Shown here in pieces: positions 48,670 through 59,376 of a stretch of 64,000 bases of DNA (position 1 is the stretch's first letter; each line of letters starts with the position of its first letter). The DNA lies in NCBI GenBank assembly GCA_050331595.1, contig JBHJGQ010000006.1:1049-65048 (forward strand), given 5' to 3'. Source of the stretch: Opitutales bacterium. GTDB lineage: Bacteria > Verrucomicrobiota > Verrucomicrobiia > Opitutales > JBHJGM01. The notes beneath the pieces are model-generated. The model worked only from the letters and a program-made list of their open reading frames with translations, made no database searches and was not told where the DNA came from. A program made the position numbers and the translations under genes.

Positions 48670-50738
48670 CCGAGCTGCTCCAGCAATCGTTTCTGCTGCT
48701 GCTGACGGCGATCATTGCCGTGCCGGTTTCGCGGCGGCTGGGGCTGAGTTCGGTGCTGGGCTACCTGGTGGCCGGGGTGCTGATCGGGCCCTACGTGCTG
48801 GGCTTTGTCGGCGGCGGCGAAGGCGAGGAGCTGATGCACGTGGCCGAGTTTGGCGTGGTCATGATGCTCTTCCTGATCGGCCTGGAGGTGGACCTGAAGC
48901 GGCTGTGGCGGCTGCGCGGGGCCATTTTTGGAGCGGGGGGACTGCAGGTGACGATGGCCACCGGCGTCATCGGCGGGGCGGCTTACGCGTTTGGCTTGCC
49001 CTGGCAAACCTCGCTGGCCTTCGGGTTCATTCTGGCGCTTTCGTCGACGGCTATTGCGCTGCAGACGCTCAATGAGAAAAACCAGCTGGGCAGCCCTGGC
49101 GGGCAAAAGGCGTTCGCGGTCCTGCTGTTTCAGGACATTGCGGTCATCCCGGCGCTGGCGCTCTTGCCGCTGTTGGCGCTGCCCGCGGGAACGTTGACGG
49201 GCACGGCCACGGATCCTCAACCCTCGCTCGAAGCCACCGCACCGGCCCTTGCCCATGCGCAGGAGGCCCATGACACGAACGACGCACACGCCGGCGACGA
49301 CCATGGCGAATCGATGGACCACCTGATCGCGGAGTTGCCCGTGTGGGGGCAGGTTAGCGTGACCTTGGCGGCCCTGGCGGCGTTGGTGTTTCTGGGCCCG
49401 CTGTTGGCGCGGCGTGTATTTCAGGTGGTGGCGGGGTTGCAGATTCGTGAGCTGTTTACGGCGGCGGCGCTGCTGCTGGTCATTGGCGTGTCGCTGCTGA
49501 TGCTGCTGCTGGGTCTGAGTCCGGCGCTGGGCGCATTTCTCGCGGGCGTGGTGCTGGCCGGCAGTGAATTTCGCCACGAAATCGAGGCCGACATCGAGCC
49601 GTTCAAAGGGCTGCTGCTGGGGCTGTTTTTCATCGCGGTGGGTGCGGGGATGAACCTGAGCCTGTTCTTGGAGATCCCGTTGTTGATCCTCGGTTTGGCG
49701 CTGCTGCTGACCATTGGCAAAAGCGTGCTGCTGTGGCCGGTGGGCAAACTCTACCGCCTGCACCCGCAGCAAAATGCGCTCTTCTCGGTCTCGCTCGGGC
49801 AGGGGGGTGAGTTCGCGTTTGTGCTGGGCGCCTTCGCGCTGATGTCCGGTGTGTTCGACCCGGGCTTGAGCAACCTCCTGCAGATGTCGGTCGCCGTTTC
49901 GATGGCGCTGAGCCCGTTTCTCTTCCTCTTTAACGACCGCGTATTGCAGCCAAGGCTCTGCGTTTCAGCCGAGCCGGAGACCCCGGGCGACGCCATCGAC
50001 GAGAGCAACCCGATCATCATCGCGGGCTTCGGGCGGTTCGGGCACATTGTCGGGCGGCTGCTGCGCGCACATGGGGTGGGTGCGACCGTCCTCGACAACG
50101 ATGCCTCGCACGTGGAACTGCTGCGCAAGCTCGGTCTGAAGGTCTACTTTGGCGATGCCACGCGCTTCGACATGCTGGAGTCTGCCGGAGCCGCCGACGC
50201 GAAGCTGCTCGTCGCCGCGCTGGACAGCCCGCAGATGAACCTGCGAGTGATACAAACGGCCAAGCGCTACTTTCCGCACCTGAAAATTCTGGCCCGCGCG
50301 CATGGGCGTCAGGAAGCCTACCAGGTGCTCGACGCCCAGGCCGACGGCGTCTACCGCGAGACGCTCGACACCTCGCTGCGCGTAGCCGGCGATGCGTTGC
50401 GTCTGCTGGGCTTTCGGGCGCTGACGGTCGAACGGGCCCTGGCCGCCTTTCGCGATCACGACGAGCGCGTGGTGCGCGAGATGGCCGGCTACACGGGCGA
50501 CCAGCAGGCGTACATCCGGGAGGCCCGCGCGCGCATCGAGGAGCTGGACCTGCTGTTCCGCTCGGACGATCGCGGCGACCCCTTGTCCGGCCAGATGGCC
50601 GCTTGGGATATCACCTCGCTGCTGGACGATCCCGCCCTGACCGTCAGCGAGGACGCCCGAGCCCGAGTGTGCGGTGCGGGTGACGCCAGCTCCGCCCAGT
50701 CCATGAACGCGGACTCGGAACGTGTCGAACGGACCTAG
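48666..50738 (+). CDS. kefB: CPA2 K+/H+ antiporter KefB/KefC with KTN/RCK_N domain
   Basis: LGYLVAG..IGP, AEFGVVMMLFLIGLE, LSSTA, LLFQD, HEIEADIEPFKGLLLGLFF, IIAGFGRFG. Confidence 0.93.
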   Translation: MTELLQQSFLLLLTAIIAVPVSRRLGLSSVLGYLVAGVLIGPYVLGFVGGGEGEELMHVAEFGVVMMLFLIGLEVDLKRLWRLRGAIFGAGGLQVTMATGVIGGAAYAFGLPWQTSLAFGFILALSSTAIALQTLNEKNQLGSPGGQKAFAVLLFQDIAVIPALALLPLLALPAGTLTGTATDPQPSLEATAPALAHAQEAHDTNDAHAGDDHGESMDHLIAELPVWGQVSVTLAALAALVFLGPLLARRVFQVVAGLQIRELFTAAALLLVIGVSLLMLLLGLSPALGAFLAGVVLAGSEFRHEIEADIEPFKGLLLGLFFIAVGAGMNLSLFLEIPLLILGLALLLTIGKSVLLWPVGKLYRLHPQQNALFSVSLGQGGEFAFVLGAFALMSGVFDPGLSNLLQMSVAVSMALSPFLFLFNDRVLQPRLCVSAEPETPGDAIDESNPIIIAGFGRFGHIVGRLLRAHGVGATVLDNDASHVELLRKLGLKVYFGDATRFDMLESAGAADAKLLVAALDSPQMNLRVIQTAKRYFPHLKILARAHGRQEAYQVLDAQADGVYRETLDTSLRVAGDALRLLGFRALTVERALAAFRDHDERVVREMAGYTGDQQAYIREARARIEELDLLFRSDDRGDPLSGQMAAWDITSLLDDPALTVSEDARARVCGAGDASSAQSMNADSERVERT

Positions 50739-50902
50739 TCATCTGGGCTGAGCTGCTTACGTCCGTGCGTGGAGCGCTGCGCCCAGCGTCGCGTTGCAGG
50801 TGTCGCCATTGAAGGGCCGACAACGCCTGGGTTTAGCGCGTCTTTCGGCAAAAGCGTGCCATCCTGCGCCTCGCGATGATGGCGGCGCCGAGAGGATGCG
50901 AC

Positions 50903-51238
50903 TCAGACGTCGCTGCGCGTGGAGGTCGAAGCAGGCTGCTTCTCGGCGGTCGGCTCGACGGACGGGGTGACGTTGGCCGGGGATGGCGTGGACGCAATCT
51001 CACGCTTGCGGGCGTTCTCCTCGGCGGCGGCGCGCTCGGCTTCGTTGAGGCCCTCGCGGATGTTTTCCTCGACCTCGTTGGAGGCCTTCTTGAACTCCTT
51101 GATCGACTTGGCCACGCCGCGGGCCAGCTCCGGCAACTTCTTTGGGCCGAAGATGAGCAGGACCACCGCCAGGATGGCCACGACCTCCCAGATACCGGGG
51201 GTCCACATTGCCAATGTCATCGAGGCTGTGTCTGCCAT
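50903..51238 (-). CDS. tatA: Twin-arginine translocase TatA/E subunit
   Basis: GIWE..IL..VLLIFGPKKLPELARG..KSIKEFKKA. Confidence 0.95.
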   Translation of the reverse strand: MADTASMTLAMWTPGIWEVVAILAVVLLIFGPKKLPELARGVAKSIKEFKKASNEVEENIREGLNEAERAAAEENARKREIASTPSPANVTPSVEPTAEKQPASTSTRSDV

Positions 51239-51316
51239 AACGTGCAAGATAGGGTCGATTGCCGGGGAAGTAAAGCGGCGTTGCAGCGGGTCAAACCGCG
51301 TGAGGCACCGGAAGTT

Positions 51317-51793
51317 TCACTGCGCGGAAAGGCGTTCGCCCGGGCCGGGGATCGGCGCGGAGCCGGGGAGGTAGGCGACGTGGCCGGGTTGCGGACGGCC
51401 TTGCTCCACGCTCATGCCAACGGAGGTGCCGCTGCGGAAACGTGCCGGCAAGAGCACGCCACTCATCTGCCCGCGAAAGTCTACCGAGACCAGCGCCCCC
51501 TCTATCGGCAGCGAGGCCGAATCCAGGACCACCACGGCCTGACGGTTTTCCGGGCCGACCCAGGCGACTTCGCCCACGCGCACGGAAGCCCGCGGCGCGA
51601 AGGGATCCTCGCGATCACGCCCATCACCGCTCCTGGCGGCATCGTCGCTGCGGCATGCGCCCAGGAAAACAACGGCGATCGCGGCAAAGAAAACGGCAGC
51701 CCGTTGTCGGACTGCCGTGAACGATTTTTGGGGCCCTGGGTGCACGGTGTTGGCAAAACGCGGACACATGCAGCGCAACCGAGGCTGACTCAA
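51317..51793 (-). CDS. Hypothetical lipoprotein (start uncertain)
   Basis: FFAAIAVVFLGAC lipobox and a small beta-rich domain. Directly downstream of rpoD. Confidence 0.6.
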   Translation of the reverse strand: MSQPRLRCMCPRFANTVHPGPQKSFTAVRQRAAVFFAAIAVVFLGACRSDDAARSGDGRDREDPFAPRASVRVGEVAWVGPENRQAVVVLDSASLPIEGALVSVDFRGQMSGVLLPARFRSGTSVGMSVEQGRPQPGHVAYLPGSAPIPGPGERLSAQ

Positions 51794-51801
51794 GCCAATC
51801 T

Positions 51802-53541
<1,740 letters not shown>

Positions 53542-53553
53542 GGGAAAGGACGG

Positions 53554-55431
53554 TCAGTTGGAAATCAAGACGGAGGGGGAAATTTGGGGACACTCGGCAG
53601 CGAGGTCGCGCAAGCGTTTACGCTCGCGAAACAGTTCGGCCAGGCGGTCGGGCTGGTCGTTGGGGGTATTCAGGATAAGACCCTCCAGACGCCGGCGCTG
53701 TCCATCGAGGGCTTGAGCGTAGAGGCTGCGCAAGCATCGGTTGGCCGCGTCGAGGGGATCATCCAATTCACGTTCAAGGGACAAAAGGCGGTAAAGGAAT
53801 TGTTTTTCGGCGGAATCCTCCAGCGACTGAGCCCAGGACTCTCCACCTTTCCATTGATGTTCACCAATCCGGGAAAGGGCCGAGCGCAAAAGTCGCGCTT
53901 CGGGGGAGTCGTTTGCAAGCCAATCAGTGTCAAGGACCTCCGCGATGTTTGGGACAAGGTGGTCGTACCGTATGAGGAGGAATAAAAGTTCGGAGACCGC
54001 CGTTGTCAACTTCCCGGCGGAGAAACCCTCGGATTTGGGCGGAATTTCATTGACATTGCCCCGGGAAACACCCGAGCGGGCGCGTGACCACTCATTCTCA
54101 ACCACGTGCCGTTCGACCCGCAGCAAGTGCGCGGCTTCCTCCAGATTGGCCTGCGCGGCGAGGACCGAATCGCATTCGCGCAGCACCTCAACGATTTGAC
54201 GGAGGGCCTCGGCCTTGTCCCTCGGCGTAGCCTCGATGGGGTTCGGCAGCCATTCCTGCAGACAGAGCGCCATGGCCGAAAGTGGCTGTGCACGCAGTTG
54301 CTGGACGGCGTCGGCACCCTCGGATTGCAGGAGTGCGTCCGGGTCGCTGCCTTCGGGCAGCGGTAAAAAGCGCAGTTCCAGCCCGGCCTTGAAGGCAAGC
54401 GGCAGCGCGCGTAGAGCCGCTCGGCGGCCCGCCGCATCGCCATCCAGAAAAACATCGACGCGATTGCTGTAGCGGGTGAGCAGCGCCAGTTGCTCGGCAG
54501 TGATGGCCGTACCCTGCGGTGCCACGGCGGTGGTCAGTCCGTGCTCCCAACAGCGGATGGCGTCCAGCTGCCCCTCCACGAGCAAAAAGTGGGCATCGTC
54601 CTTGCCGATGGCCGTGCGTGCACGGTCGAGGCCAAAGAGCACGTGGCTTTTCTTAAAGAGCAGCGTTTCGGGCGAGTTGACGTACTTGCCGGGCACGTCG
54701 TCGGCGGGAGTGATGCCCTCGAGTTGCCGTGCGGTGAAGGCGATGACGCGGCCCTGCACGTCGCGAATGGGAATCATCAGGCGACCGCGAAAGCGTGCCC
54801 GCAGTTGCCGGGGATTGGCGTCCCCGCGGTTTCCCCAGCCGCCGCGCGGCTCGTAAAAGAGGCCACTTTCGGCGATGGCCTCCGCGGAAAAATCCAGCCG
54901 CAGGAGACGCTCCGCGAGCTTGCCGCCGTCGGGCGGGGCGAAGCCGATCTGGTACTTCGCTGCAACGTCCAGCTGGAAGCCGCGGCGCTGGATCCAGTAG
55001 TCGCGCACGGCATCGGCAGGCGCCTTTTGAGCCAGAAAGCACTCGTGAAAGTACGCCGCCGCCGCTTCGTGGATGCCGAACAGCTCCTTGCGTCGTGAGG
55101 CTCCCTGGCCTGCGGCCGGTCCTCCGCTGCCTTCCTCGTATTCGAGCGGGATGTTGAAACGCGCACACAGTGCCTCGACCGCCTCGTAGAAACTAAGGTT
55201 TTCGACCGTCTGGACGAATTTGAAGACGTCGCCCCCCTGGCTGGTCGAAAAGCAGTAGTAAAAGCCCTTGTCCGGATGAACGTTGAAGGAGGGCGTTTTC
55301 TCGTTGGAGAAGGGCGACAGGCCCAGGAAGCGGTTGCCCACGCGCTTGAGCTGCACGTGCGCGCCTACCACGTCGGCCAGGTTCACCTGCGCCCGAACGG
55401 CTTCGATACAACTTTGCTTGATTCGCGGCAT
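53554..55431 (-). CDS. dnaG: DNA primase
   Basis: EKTPSF, RFRGRLMIPI, KYVNSPET, VEGQLD, FLDGDAAG, DPD. Upstream of rpoD. Confidence 0.97.
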   Translation of the reverse strand: MPRIKQSCIEAVRAQVNLADVVGAHVQLKRVGNRFLGLSPFSNEKTPSFNVHPDKGFYYCFSTSQGGDVFKFVQTVENLSFYEAVEALCARFNIPLEYEEGSGGPAAGQGASRRKELFGIHEAAAAYFHECFLAQKAPADAVRDYWIQRRGFQLDVAAKYQIGFAPPDGGKLAERLLRLDFSAEAIAESGLFYEPRGGWGNRGDANPRQLRARFRGRLMIPIRDVQGRVIAFTARQLEGITPADDVPGKYVNSPETLLFKKSHVLFGLDRARTAIGKDDAHFLLVEGQLDAIRCWEHGLTTAVAPQGTAITAEQLALLTRYSNRVDVFLDGDAAGRRAALRALPLAFKAGLELRFLPLPEGSDPDALLQSEGADAVQQLRAQPLSAMALCLQEWLPNPIEATPRDKAEALRQIVEVLRECDSVLAAQANLEEAAHLLRVERHVVENEWSRARSGVSRGNVNEIPPKSEGFSAGKLTTAVSELLFLLIRYDHLVPNIAEVLDTDWLANDSPEARLLRSALSRIGEHQWKGGESWAQSLEDSAEKQFLYRLLSLERELDDPLDAANRCLRSLYAQALDGQRRRLEGLILNTPNDQPDRLAELFRERKRLRDLAAECPQISPSVLISN

Positions 55432-55594
55432 GCTCCCCAACCCAAATCTCAACAACAACTGCCAACACCCAAAGCAGACCGCAGGTTCCACGCGAACCCA
55501 CGGAGCGGCCCTCTAAACCACACAGTCTACACCAGTGCATTGCGAAGAAAAGCGCAAAGCTATGATTGGGAGTATTTTGTGAATAAGCCCGGGG

Positions 55595-55926
55595 TTACAG
55601 GCCTTTGCGGGTCAACTCTGTTTTTGGGTCGCGAGAAGAATGAAGGACACTCAAGACGCGGAGGGAATCTTCGACCGCGCTCACCGAATGACGGATCTGG
55701 TACTTAAATCTTCTTGTAAGAAAACGCCGAAGCTCGTTTTGCACCTGCACATCCTTGGGCACGTTCACTTTGGGCCAGGCCAAAGGATTGCGCGCGATGG
55801 GTCCCTCAACCGCCTCGAAAACCTCACGCAGAAATCATTAGCCAGAGTCTTGCCTACGGCTTCCTCCAGGAAGGTGGCAGTCTCATTCATCTCCTGCAAT
55901 GCCGCTGGATGGAACGACAGCTTCAA
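55595..55926 (-). pseudogene. RelE/ParE family toxin, frameshifted
   Basis: TTG start overlaps the antitoxin stop. MKLSFHPAALQEM...LANDF, then a 1-nt shift near 55830, then LREVFEAVE..IARNPLAWP...RRFLTRRFKYQI...LRVLSVLHSSRDP. Span is 332 nt, not a multiple of 3. Confidence 0.8.
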
Positions 55927-56126
55927 TGGCTAGAGGAACCGGCAAATCGCTGTTTGGCGTCTTCGATGGAGATGGCGGACACAGCACCGGTGGCCAACTC
56001 CAGCTCACGTTCAACCGCAATGCGGTCTCCCTCGGATTCAAGTGTACCGAGGAGTCCGCGGACCAATTCAAGACGCTCGGCATCCTCCAGCTTGAGCGCT
56101 TCGTCAAAAATCTCTTTGGGTGTCAT
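55923..56126 (-). CDS. Putative addiction-module antitoxin (TIGR02574-like)
   Basis: EIFDEALKL..AERLELV..LL.TL...ERE.EL.TGAV.AI..ED. Precedes the ParE-like gene. Confidence 0.8.
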   Translation of the reverse strand: MTPKEIFDEALKLEDAERLELVRGLLGTLESEGDRIAVERELELATGAVSAISIEDAKQRFAGSSSH

Positions 56127-56133
56127 GGGGGTA

Positions 56134-56520
56134 CTACTTCGCAGTTCGGATCGCTTCCGGAAACTCGCAGACCTCCATTTGGGCGATCCGGCCGGCTTTG
56201 AAGGTGAAGCGATGCCCAACGATTTCGTCCGCAATCAACTTGCCGTTCAGGTCGAGAACGACCTGCCGCACTTCAACCAAAATTTGTGAATCCTTTTCCT
56301 GACGGAAGCTGAGCGGTTCGACGGTGCCATCGATTTCGGTCCACTGCTCGGTTCAGTAAGCGCGGATGGCTTCCGGGCCATGCACGAACCCGTCTTTAGT
56401 GGCTCGCGGCCATTGGACATCTTCGGTCATTGTGGCCAGCGCGCCGTCGATATCGCTTGCGTTGAAGGCCTTGTAAGGGGCGCGCAGGCGCTCGCCATCG
56501 GCTGGGGTCGGATCCGTCAT
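56134..56520 (-). pseudogene. SnoaL/NTF2-like protein with a nonsense codon
   Basis: YKAFNASDIDGALATMTEDVQWP...GFVHGPEAIRAY*TEQWTEIDGTVEP...VEVRQVVLDLNG...VGHRFTF..GRI. TGA at 56353-56355 falls where this family usually has Trp. Confidence 0.8.
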
Positions 56521-56572
56521 TTTCTGGCTTTGTGGGGCTGTAAACGTCGGCGGCTTGAAGGTCGCCTTTGCC

Positions 56573-58234
56573 TCAGGGCAGCAGGCGTTCGATGGCTTGC
56601 TCGACCTCGGGGCGGCGGGGGTGACCGGGTCCCGCCTGCTGGAGAAACTGGCGGTAGTAAAATACGGCGCTGCGGCTGTCGCGCTCGATGTAGCGCACGG
56701 CGTTGGCCAACAGCAGCGTGACCTCGGGGCTGTCGGGAAACTGCGCGCTGGCGGCTTTGATCTGCTCGAGCAGACGCCGCTCAGGATAGAGCCGCCGGGC
56801 GATCTCGATCTGGTGCAGTTTGTAGGACACGTTGTTGGGTTCCAGCCGCTGGGCCTCCAGCGACATCATCTCGGCGGGTCGGAACTGCCCGTCGGCCAGG
56901 TAACTTTGGCTGAGCCGGTACCACAGCCCGGCGTCCTCGGGGGCTTCGGCCAGGGCGGAGCGGTACATACGGATGGCCAGCGGAAAGTTACCGTCAAGGC
57001 GGGCGTCGGTGGCGGACTCGATCAGGTTGTTCAGCCGCACCGAGCGAATGGTCTCCGGGTCGGTCCGCACGTCGTAAATCAGGGCGCCCACGGTGGCTTC
57101 ACCGGAGGGTGCCGGGAGCAACTCCTCGGGTTCAACGGTTTCAATCTGGGTCACGGCGATGCCGGAGCCTTCGGGCGCTTCGGCGTCATCTGCGGCGGTC
57201 AGGACTGCCTCAGTGTTGGCGGGTTCGACCGTTTCGATCGGCTGAGGGGCACCGCCGTCCTTGCCGGTCAGTGCGCCGACAGCTTCGGGCACGAGGTCTT
57301 CAAGGGCGTTTTCGGCCGAAGCGCTGGCCAGGCTTCCGGCGGCGATGGCAGCGGCGCTTTCGGCGGGGTTAATGGTTTCGCCCGTGGTGGCCTGCGCAAC
57401 GCTGCCGCTGCCTGCCGGCGGCGCCTGCTCGCCTTTCCAGGCACGAAAACGCTCGATGGCTTCGGCGTACGGACTGCTCGGGTTGGGTGCCAGGGTGTCC
57501 ATACCGGCGCGGTCGAGCAACGCCTGGGCCGCTTCAAAATCGCCGCCGTCGACCGCCAGCACGGCGAGCCCGCTGACGGCGATACGGGCAAGCGGTCCGT
57601 CGGGGTCGGCCTCAAAAACCTGCTTGTACACGCGGGCGGCCTGCACCTTTTGCTGATTGGCCAGGTACAGATCGCCCAGCGCCAGACCGTCGCCGACGTT
57701 GGTCGGCCCAGTCGGTCCAAGAGCCTGTTCAAAGGCGAAGAGCGCCTTGGACGCGTCGCCGCGGTCCATCTGGATTTGCGAGAGCGTGCGCCAGGCCTGT
57801 CGGTCCTCGGGTTGGAGTTCGAGGTAGCTCTCGTAATTGCGGGCGGCGTTGTCCAGGTCGCCCGCCAGCGCGTAAGCCGAAGCGGCTTCCAGGCGCAGGC
57901 GGGCAGGGTTGTCCTGCAGGCGCGCGGCGGAGGCAAACTGGTCTGCGGCCTTGCCGGGCTGGCCCATTTCGAGGAATATCTCGGCCAGGCGCTCACGCGG
58001 CTCGGGCCGATCGGGAAATCGCTCGACGATGGGAGTAAGCGCCGCCACCGCATCCTCATACTTACCGATGACGCGATTATCTTCGGCCCGTTGCAGCGCC
58101 GCGCTGACCACTTCATCCGCGTTGGCGGCGTTGTCCGGCGTGGATTCTGCACCCCCGCAGCCTGTCATCAGGGCGAGCGCCAGGGCCAGTGCGGTCCCGG
58201 CCAGGAAAGTGTAAGTCTGTTGCAACCCCCTCAT
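56573..58234 (-). CDS. Tetratricopeptide-repeat lipoprotein
   Basis: LMTGC lipobox. Multiple TPRs in two blocks separated by an acidic, Ala-rich linker. Confidence 0.88.
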   Translation of the reverse strand: MRGLQQTYTFLAGTALALALALMTGCGGAESTPDNAANADEVVSAALQRAEDNRVIGKYEDAVAALTPIVERFPDRPEPRERLAEIFLEMGQPGKAADQFASAARLQDNPARLRLEAASAYALAGDLDNAARNYESYLELQPEDRQAWRTLSQIQMDRGDASKALFAFEQALGPTGPTNVGDGLALGDLYLANQQKVQAARVYKQVFEADPDGPLARIAVSGLAVLAVDGGDFEAAQALLDRAGMDTLAPNPSSPYAEAIERFRAWKGEQAPPAGSGSVAQATTGETINPAESAAAIAAGSLASASAENALEDLVPEAVGALTGKDGGAPQPIETVEPANTEAVLTAADDAEAPEGSGIAVTQIETVEPEELLPAPSGEATVGALIYDVRTDPETIRSVRLNNLIESATDARLDGNFPLAIRMYRSALAEAPEDAGLWYRLSQSYLADGQFRPAEMMSLEAQRLEPNNVSYKLHQIEIARRLYPERRLLEQIKAASAQFPDSPEVTLLLANAVRYIERDSRSAVFYYRQFLQQAGPGHPRRPEVEQAIERLLP

Positions 58235-58241
58235 AAACTTA

Positions 58242-59363
58242 TTGTTAGAAACCGTAGTGAAGCCCTTCTTTCAGTGCAAGCGGATAGCCGATGCGGGGTG
58301 CTGGTTCCAGCGCCGCAGGTTGGGCGCGTCCGCTCTGATCGCTGCGCTGCTGAGCTTATCCACGCTGCTGAGCGCCCAGGAACCCTTGCCCATCGAGGTG
58401 GAGGCCCACCGGGAAGTGCTCTGGGAGTACCCGCTGGACGATTTCTCCTCGAAGGCGTACGCGATGGCTGTCGAGACGCTGATCGCGCGCTTTGAAAAGG
58501 CCCGCGGCCAAGCGCTGGAGCCGGGGGACAAACGTCGCGCGGGCCTGAAAGTTTACACGCATTCGGGCCGGGGCATGGCTACGCCCAAGCCGCTGGTGCG
58601 CGCGGTGGCGGCGGCCCTGGAACGCAGGGGCTTTACCCGCGATGAAATCTGGATCGTCGACGAGAGCGAATTTCAACTGCGCCAGACAGGTTACCTGCCG
58701 CCGATCACGCACGGGGGTACGCGCTTCGAGGGTATGCCGGTCTTAGCACTGGATACCCGCCAGTACTACGACGATCGCTGGTTTTACGACAGCCCGCTGG
58801 CCTCACGCGAACCGCGGCTGGCGCGCCGCCTGAGCGACGGGCGCGTGGCTGAGCCCGAGGAAATGACCGACGAAGAGCGCCGTAGCTACCTGCCCGTTCC
58901 TCTGCTCTTGGAAGTGGACTTCTGGATCAACCTGCCGGTGTTCCTCAACGCACAGTCACTGGGGGTCAGCGGAGCCCTGGCCAACGCCACGGTTTGGAAC
59001 GTGGACAACGCCCAGCGCTTCCTCTCCAGCGGCGCGACCGGACCCATCGCCGTGGCCGAAATCGCCGCCATCCCCGAACTGCTGGAGAGCTGGGTCTTCA
59101 CCATCGCCAGCCTGGAGTACTACCAGTTTGCCGGCGGGCCCGTTTTTAACGCCAACTACGCGGGTACCGAGGAAGCGCTCTGGCTTTCGGCCAACCCGGT
59201 GCTGATGGACTACCTGATGTACTTGCGCATCAACCGGCACCGCGAGCGTCGGGGGTTGCCGTTGATCGAGCCGGTGCCGCCCATGCTGGGCTACAGCCGC
59301 AGTTTGGGCGTGGGCGACGAACGCCTCGATGCGACCCGGCGCATCCGCTTGGAGCCTCGCTGA
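58242..59363 (+). CDS. DUF362-like exported protein (start uncertain)
   Basis: GLKV.T...ATPKPLVRAVAAALERRG, INLPV....LGVSGALAN, SANPVLMD. Confidence 0.65.
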   Translation: MLETVVKPFFQCKRIADAGCWFQRRRLGASALIAALLSLSTLLSAQEPLPIEVEAHREVLWEYPLDDFSSKAYAMAVETLIARFEKARGQALEPGDKRRAGLKVYTHSGRGMATPKPLVRAVAAALERRGFTRDEIWIVDESEFQLRQTGYLPPITHGGTRFEGMPVLALDTRQYYDDRWFYDSPLASREPRLARRLSDGRVAEPEEMTDEERRSYLPVPLLLEVDFWINLPVFLNAQSLGVSGALANATVWNVDNAQRFLSSGATGPIAVAEIAAIPELLESWVFTIASLEYYQFAGGPVFNANYAGTEEALWLSANPVLMDYLMYLRINRHRERRGLPLIEPVPPMLGYSRSLGVGDERLDATRRIRLEPR

Positions 59364-59376
59364 AGCGCCTCGGTCG

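Noticed and set aside
55500-55600. Integron attC site after the parE remnant
   Set aside because: No paired RYYYAAC/GTTRRRY boxes with an internal palindrome, and no integrase in the window.
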